The notes below the pieces were generated by a model that saw only the letters and a program-made list of their open reading frames with translations, was not told the origin of the DNA and made no database searches. Of a DNA stretch of 32,000 bases, positions 26,843 through 32,000 are shown piece by piece. The translations under genes and the position numbers were made by a program. The DNA comes from Candidatus Electrothrix yaqonensis (lineage in GTDB: Bacteria; Desulfobacterota; Desulfobulbia; Desulfobulbales; Desulfobulbaceae): positions 2,940,001 through 2,972,000 of the forward strand of contig CP178758.1 in NCBI GenBank assembly GCA_047651235.1, written 5' to 3'. The first letter of the stretch is position 1; each line of letters opens with the position of its first letter.

Positions 26843-27607
26843 ATGGAAAATTTTATGGCGATAGCCGTTTCTTCCTGGAAGGGAACATTAAGATTAATAA
26901 TAATTTTTACATGCTTCCTGCTGCTGCTGGCAGCTGTTGTATTCATTTTAGCGAACTTAGTTCATAAAACAGGTGCAGCAGTTTCTATATCAGGAACAAC
27001 AATTAGTATTGGGTCGAAAGAAAGGTTAGATTCTGCATTGGTAAATCCGATAAACTGGACAGATACAAAGATTGATATAAAGAAAGGAGATTGTTTTATT
27101 CTTGATGCAACAGGAAGTGTTAATGTTGCTCTGGGGCATATGAATCAGGCATTAGATACTTTTGCCGAGATTTCTTCCAGTAAAAAAGACATGAAAATTG
27201 AACTATTTACTGAAAAGGAAATAAAAAGATCTTTATTTCCTTTTCCTTGGAACGGTCCAGAAGGACTTAATCTGAAAGACGTAAATGATCAGAATGTGAT
27301 AGACCGAATTAAAACGTCACGTAACAGATTTATTCATCCCAATGGAGAGATAGGGCAACTATTAGCTTTCATCTCAACAAGTGGCAGCTGCCCAGATATA
27401 TATTCTCAAGAGGAACCGAAAGGAATGATTCATCCCTATTTCGGGCCAAGCACTACTCATACGGCCAAGGTGTCTGGAAGATTATGTTTCGTTATTAATG
27501 ACGTAACAACAGAAGAGGTAAAATATAAGAAATTGATCTGGCAAGATAATACTGGTTTTTTTTCAATAAAAATCCATATTAAGTCGAACAAAACCAGTTT
27601 ACTTTGA
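26843..27607 (+). CDS. Membrane-anchored protein with a PA-IL (LecA)-like lectin-fold domain
   Basis: 254 aa. One N-terminal TM helix (LRLIIIFTCFLLLLAAVVFILANLV). The pattern KKGDCFILDATGSVNVA ... IGQLLAFIS ... GRLCFVINDV...WQDNTGFFSIKIHI parallels LecA GDVITIVAAG ... GALVMKIG ... ITLIYNDV..YGNNSGSFSVNI. The start could instead be the ATG at 26855. Confidence 0.55.
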   Translation: MENFMAIAVSSWKGTLRLIIIFTCFLLLLAAVVFILANLVHKTGAAVSISGTTISIGSKERLDSALVNPINWTDTKIDIKKGDCFILDATGSVNVALGHMNQALDTFAEISSSKKDMKIELFTEKEIKRSLFPFPWNGPEGLNLKDVNDQNVIDRIKTSRNRFIHPNGEIGQLLAFISTSGSCPDIYSQEEPKGMIHPYFGPSTTHTAKVSGRLCFVINDVTTEEVKYKKLIWQDNTGFFSIKIHIKSNKTSLL

Positions 27608-27623
27608 ATTTCAGACAACCTAT

Positions 27624-27640
27624 CTGATTTGTTACGCAAC
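27624..27640. repeat. Fourth copy of the CTGAT..GTTACGCA motif
   Basis: CTGATTTGTTACGCAAC compared with CTGATGTTACGCAGC at 22594. It is in direct orientation, 58 nt upstream of the GH31 start. Confidence 0.5.
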
Positions 27641-27646
27641 AACCGA

Positions 27647-27664
27647 AAAAGGCAATAGCCTTTT
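27647..27664 (+). terminator. Weak hairpin with T-run after the lectin-like gene
   Basis: AAAAGGC-aata-GCCTTTT followed by ATTTAATAA. The stem has only 3 G:C pairs, so it is at most a leaky terminator. Confidence 0.3.
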
Positions 27665-27697
27665 ATTTAATAACCCAGCTTATGGAGGAAAAAAGCC

Positions 27698-30600
27698 GTG
27701 TCAACAATCATTTCGCCAGCAGATGCCGTTTTATCGGATCAGATTTTTTCTGAGCAGGAAGCGTATAAATTCCTTAAGGTTGAGCAGTATTTTTCCAGGT
27801 ACAAGGAATGGGACACCCTAGATACCGTCGCCTCCCATTCCTTTGATGCAGCAGCAAAATCTCTGGCCCTGAATTTTACCGAAAGTGACGACAAATCATG
27901 CAGCATGTGCATTCATTTCCTACAGAAGGACACGTTCCGGGTTCGTTTCAACCCAGGCAAAATAGCGGATGACTATACTGCTGAGAATACCCGTTCGGTC
28001 ATTCGCAATACGGTTGACGATCTGCAGAGACTGCTGGAACAGAAAGAACAATTCCAGATTGATGCAGCTGAAGGCAGCGGAAAGATCGAACTGACCACAA
28101 AGGGTGCTGACAATCAGCCTGTAATGCAGGTCGTGGTCACCCATGCTCCCTTTGCGATTCAGGTCTTCTGCTTTTTCCAAGGCGAAGCCTTCCAGGTCTG
28201 GCAGACAGCAGAAACGCCGATTTACTATACACCCAACGGCCGGGAAGATTATGCCGTGATTCAGGCTGTCACAAAGCCTGCCAGTGCAAAGTACATCGGC
28301 TTCGGCGAACAGGGAGGCCAGTCCCTGAGCAAGAATACCGCGCAGGTGAATTATTTCAATTTTGACAATATGCGGTATCGGCAGGTGTATAATCACGGTC
28401 CCTTGGATGTCCGGGAACCTCTGTATCACTCAGACCCGTTCTTTATGGAGTTCAACGGTGTACCTACACAGCAGAGCGTCAACGGTATATTTATTGATAA
28501 TCCCGGTCAGGTGCTCATGGATATCGGATACCTCAATTCCGGCCGCTATATGTTCGGCACCCGTTTCGGCGATCTGGACTATTATTTTTTCGCGGGTAAA
28601 AAGCCTGTCGATGTAGTCGATAGCTTTACGTCCATTGTGGGCAGATCCCGTCTGAAGCCGCGTTATTGTCTGGGCTATCATCAGGGCTGCTACGGCTATA
28701 ACAGGCGGGACATTCTGGAATGGGCTGTGCGAAGATACCGGGAATACCAGATTCCGCTGGATGGCCTGCATGTGGATGTGGATGTTCAGCATAAGTACCA
28801 GACCTTCACGATTGATGAGCAGAAATTTCCCAATCCGTATGAGATGTTTCATAACCTGAAAGAACAGGGAATAAAATGCAGCACCAACATCACGCCGGTC
28901 ATCAGCAGAGAAGATCCGAGATATTCAACGTATACTCAGGCCTTGGCCAACGATTATTTTGTTCGCGACAAGCGCTATGATCCAGCCAATCCTGAAAGCA
29001 AGTATTATCAGCTCTACGGCGGCGGCGGTGAATATTGCCCGAATAACGGTTGGGTTGACGGGTTCAACAGCGGTGAGCCGTATATTGGCGAGGTTTATTA
29101 CGGAAAGGATGGAGCCGGTCAGGATTTAGGCACATCGGGCCATTATGCCGACCTGGGCAGAAAAGAGGTGCGGCACTGGTGGGGCACCCAATACCAGTAC
29201 CTCTTTAATATGGGGTTGGAAATGGTCTGGCAGGACATGACCACCCCGGCTATCCGGGATAACCGGGGCGATATGAAAGGCTTTCCTTTCCGTTTACTGG
29301 TGACCGATGATTTTTATGGGGAAGCATCTGCCAAGCTGACTCCTGCCATCAAGGTGTGGAACCTATATTCTTATAATCTTCATAAGGCCACCTACCACGG
29401 ACTCAACAACCTGGAGGGCAGGGATAACAAACGCAATTTTATCATCGGGCGGGGCAGCTTTACCGGTTCGCACCGCTATGCCGGTCTGTGGACAGGGGAT
29501 AATTCTTCGGACTGGGATTTTTTGAAAATGAATGTATCCCAGGCCCTGTCCCTGGGAATGTGCGGCGTTGTGATCAACGGCCAGGATATCGGCGGATTTG
29601 AGGCATCAAATGCGGACGGCGGAAAATGGGCCAGCCCGGAACTTCTGATCCGCTGGACTGCTGCCGGTGCCTTTCTGCCGTGGTTCAGGAACCATTATGT
29701 CCGCAAGGGACGCAAAGAATTCCAGGAACCGTTTATGTATGAGGAATGGTTCCAGCAATATCGAGGCGGCCAGCTGCCTGAACCGCAGGATCTGTACCGT
29801 AATGTCCTGCCGATCTGCAAACATTACATTGAGCTGCGCTACCGTCTGCTCCAGCTCTTTTACGATGCAATGTTTGAAAATACCCTGACCGGTCGGCCTA
29901 TCTGTCGTCCCCTGTTCCTCAACGATCCTGATGACAAGTCGCTCTATAATGATAAGGAGTCCTTCTTGGATAACGAATTCTTTGTCGGCAAAGATCTCCT
30001 GATCGCTCCTGTTCTCGAACCCCAAGTTCAGAATAACAATCAGGGAAAAAGGGATGTGTATCTGCCATCAGGCAGTAACTGGTATTGTTTTATGGATAAT
30101 ACCATGCCGCTCGGACCTGCTGTTGACGGAGGCACTACGATAAGGGATTTTGATGCGAATATCAATACCAACGATAACCATATTCACTTCATTGTTCCGG
30201 CGTATGTACGTGCAGGGGCTGTTATCCCGACCATTGAGGTTGAACAGTACGTGGGCCAGCGCAACAAGGAAGGGCAGCCCAATTCGATTACGCTCAATAT
30301 TTATCCCGGTGCGGACGGAGAATACACCATGTATCTGGATGATGGAGAAAGCCGTTCCTCAGCTGATACGTCCGCCCATCCGGCTGAATTGGGCGGTGAT
30401 CCGCAGGCCAAGGGGGAGTATCGCAAGACAAAAATTACCCATACCGGCAACGGCAAGAAAACTCGACAAATTACAGTGGAACGTATCCATGACGGATACA
30501 CGCCCAAATTTGAAGACTATTTCTTTGTCGCTATTCTGCATGATCCCTCTGAAACAAAAGGGGCTTCAGGCTGTTTAAATAAGGTCAGCATAGACGGCCA

Positions 30601-30763
30601 GCAGATCGAATGCATCTCAGGAGGTACATCGGAACAGCGGAGCAACAGTTTATGGGCATCTCCCGGAAACGCATGGTATTACAACGAGGATATCAAGATT
30701 AGCTTCGTCAAGGTATCTGATAACAGTTCGAAAATTGTGATTAATGCGGAGTATGCTGAGTAA
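27698..30763 (+). CDS. Glycoside hydrolase family 31 enzyme with a lyase-type nucleophile motif (candidate alpha-1,4-glucan lyase)
   Basis: 1021 aa. GTG start 9 nt after GGAGG. No signal peptide. GH31 motifs MVWQDMTTPA (Asp513), RYAGLWTGDNSSDW (Asp601), GQDIGGF and RWTAAGAFLPWFRNHY. The family call is firm. Lyase activity is a hypothesis. Confidence 0.9.
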   Translation: MSTIISPADAVLSDQIFSEQEAYKFLKVEQYFSRYKEWDTLDTVASHSFDAAAKSLALNFTESDDKSCSMCIHFLQKDTFRVRFNPGKIADDYTAENTRSVIRNTVDDLQRLLEQKEQFQIDAAEGSGKIELTTKGADNQPVMQVVVTHAPFAIQVFCFFQGEAFQVWQTAETPIYYTPNGREDYAVIQAVTKPASAKYIGFGEQGGQSLSKNTAQVNYFNFDNMRYRQVYNHGPLDVREPLYHSDPFFMEFNGVPTQQSVNGIFIDNPGQVLMDIGYLNSGRYMFGTRFGDLDYYFFAGKKPVDVVDSFTSIVGRSRLKPRYCLGYHQGCYGYNRRDILEWAVRRYREYQIPLDGLHVDVDVQHKYQTFTIDEQKFPNPYEMFHNLKEQGIKCSTNITPVISREDPRYSTYTQALANDYFVRDKRYDPANPESKYYQLYGGGGEYCPNNGWVDGFNSGEPYIGEVYYGKDGAGQDLGTSGHYADLGRKEVRHWWGTQYQYLFNMGLEMVWQDMTTPAIRDNRGDMKGFPFRLLVTDDFYGEASAKLTPAIKVWNLYSYNLHKATYHGLNNLEGRDNKRNFIIGRGSFTGSHRYAGLWTGDNSSDWDFLKMNVSQALSLGMCGVVINGQDIGGFEASNADGGKWASPELLIRWTAAGAFLPWFRNHYVRKGRKEFQEPFMYEEWFQQYRGGQLPEPQDLYRNVLPICKHYIELRYRLLQLFYDAMFENTLTGRPICRPLFLNDPDDKSLYNDKESFLDNEFFVGKDLLIAPVLEPQVQNNNQGKRDVYLPSGSNWYCFMDNTMPLGPAVDGGTTIRDFDANINTNDNHIHFIVPAYVRAGAVIPTIEVEQYVGQRNKEGQPNSITLNIYPGADGEYTMYLDDGESRSSADTSAHPAELGGDPQAKGEYRKTKITHTGNGKKTRQITVERIHDGYTPKFEDYFFVAILHDPSETKGASGCLNKVSIDGQQIECISGGTSEQRSNSLWASPGNAWYYNEDIKISFVKVSDNSSKIVINAEYAE

Positions 30764-30791
30764 CGGATGATACAGGTACACTAGCTTGACA

Positions 30792-30835
30792 GAATCAGGG
30801 CGGAAGAAGGCTCCTCCTGTCCTGATTCCTTTTCC
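30792..30835 (+). terminator. Probable Rho-independent terminator after the GH31 gene
   Basis: GAATCAGG (30792-30799) pairs with CCTGATTC (30821-30828), extendable by G:C/G:U pairs, and is followed by CTTTTCC. Confidence 0.45.
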
Positions 30836-30841
30836 ATTGTG

Positions 30842-31555
30842 TCACGCCCCTAAATACGCCTTCTTCACCGCCGGATCATCCAGCAGACCCTCAGCCTTGC
30901 CCTCCAGGACCAATTTGCCGTTCTCCAGCACATAGCCGCGTTTGGCGAATTTGAGGGCCAGGCGGGCATTCTGCTCCACCAGCAGGATGGTGGTCCCGGC
31001 CCGGTTGATCTCCTTCAGGGACTCGAACATATCCAGCATGAGCAGGGGGGCAAGGCCCATAGAGGGTTCATCCAGCAGCATGATCTTTCTGCCGCTGATA
31101 TAGGCCCGGCCAACCGCCAGCATCTGCTGTTCCCCGCCGCTCAGGGTTCCGGCCGGCTGATCTTTCCGTTCCTCCAGGCGCGGGAAGAGGTCGAAAACCC
31201 ATTTGCGGTCCTTGGCCACGGCCTCAGTATCCTTACGGGCAAAGGCGGCCAGGGTGAGATTTTCAGTCACGGTGAGATTGCCGAAGATCATCCGACCTTC
31301 CGGCACATGGGAAATGCCGAGCTTGGAAACCACTTTATCCGTATTGTATTTGAGAATATTATGCCCCATAAAGTCTATCTTGGAGCCTGTCTCCGCAGGA
31401 ATCATTCGGGAAATGGCCCGCAGGGTGGTGCTCTTGCCTGCGCCGTTGGCTCCGATGATGGTCACGATCTCTCCCTGCTCCACAGAAAAGCTGATCCCGT
31501 GCAGGGCGCGGATATTGCCATAGGAAACGGTGAGATTTTCCACATAAAGCTGCAT
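30842..31555 (-). CDS. livF: Branched-chain amino acid ABC transporter ATP-binding protein LivF
   Basis: 237 aa. Walker A GANGAGKST, signature LSGGEQQML, Walker B IMLLDEPS. The start overlaps the livG stop (TGATG). Confidence 0.9.
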   Translation of the reverse strand: MQLYVENLTVSYGNIRALHGISFSVEQGEIVTIIGANGAGKSTTLRAISRMIPAETGSKIDFMGHNILKYNTDKVVSKLGISHVPEGRMIFGNLTVTENLTLAAFARKDTEAVAKDRKWVFDLFPRLEERKDQPAGTLSGGEQQMLAVGRAYISGRKIMLLDEPSMGLAPLLMLDMFESLKEINRAGTTILLVEQNARLALKFAKRGYVLENGKLVLEGKAEGLLDDPAVKKAYLGA

Positions 31556-32000
31556 CAGTGAATATCCTCCGTACCGAGATAGGCTTCAATAACCCTGGGA
31601 TCGTTTTGAATGGTTTCCGGCGGTCCCTGGGCGATGACCTCACCGAAGACCAGGACCTGGATGCTGTCGCAGAGTTCCATGACAAACTTCATCCGATGCT
31701 CAATGAGAAAAATGGCCACCCCGAATTCCCGGTGGACCTGGCGGATAATCTCGATCATCCGGCCCAGCTCATCCGGGGTCATCCCGGCAGTGGGTTCGTC
31801 GAGGAAAAGAATCTTTGGGTTGGTAGCCATCGCCCTAGCCATTTCCACCCGGCGCTGCGCCCCGTAGGGTAGACTGCCTACAGTATGGTCGGCAAACTGG
31901 CTGATGTCAAAGGTCTCCATAAGCCGGTAGCAATGCTCCTTGACCTCTTTTTCCTGCCGTCGGCAGGCCGGGGTACTGAAAAAGGCCCCGAACAGACCAT
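31555..32000 (-). CDS. livG: Branched-chain amino acid ABC transporter ATP-binding protein LivG (N-terminus beyond window edge)
   Basis: C-terminal two thirds only: LPYGAQRRVEMARA, Walker B ILFLDEPTAGM and a LivG-type tail PRVIEAYLG. The reading frame stays open past the track ATG at 31920 to position 32000. Confidence 0.85.
   Translation of the reverse strand, partial: GLFGAFFSTPACRRQEKEVKEHCYRLMETFDISQFADHTVGSLPYGAQRRVEMARAMATNPKILFLDEPTAGMTPDELGRMIEIIRQVHREFGVAIFLIEHRMKFVMELCDSIQVLVFGEVIAQGPPETIQNDPRVIEAYLGTEDIH

Noticed and set aside
1-32000. Looked for CRISPR arrays, rRNA genes and long tandem repeats
   Set aside because: No regularly spaced direct repeats or rRNA-like conserved stretches were noticed by eye. 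Only short repeats were seen (the 11-mer x2 at 13421 and the 8-mer x2 near 24558).

Overview
Bacterial chromosomal window; I saw no rRNA, tRNA or CRISPR array. Positions 1-22.5 kb look like ordinary GC-rich core genome (hand-counted 60-nt samples give about 55-65% G+C). This part carries pyrR, purN, a stand-alone IMP cyclohydrolase, an Rpn/PD-(D/E)XK nuclease gene, hslR, folE2 and gabD. It continues with a PilZ-like gene, a degenerate-receiver/GAF/class III cyclase, glgX, a DUF1566 protein, a PBP5-type carboxypeptidase and a large anchored hypothetical. It ends with an Atg22/UMF1-type MFS transporter, an RCK K+ channel, a small lipoprotein and a futalosine-pathway menaquinone operon (mqnC-like, amidohydrolase, mqnA, ubiE). 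Positions 22.6-30.8 kb are accessory. They start with an internally deleted ISAzo13-family transposase. An AT-rich same-strand block follows (sampled lines about 30-47% G+C) encoding an NTF2/SnoaL-like protein, a 416-aa FG-GAP beta-propeller, a 239-aa cupin-like protein and a membrane-anchored PA-IL-like lectin-fold protein. Next is a 1021-aa signal-less GH31 enzyme whose nucleophile motif is WQDMTTP, which is lyase-like because the hydrolase Glu is missing. My main hypothesis, which is inference only, is that this is a bacterial counterpart of the algal/fungal anhydrofructose pathway: an alpha-1,4-glucan lyase plus a split aldos-2-ulose dehydratase/isomerase. The window ends in livF and livG, with livG cut by the window edge. 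A Desulfobacterota-like anaerobe is an unverified guess from gene content.
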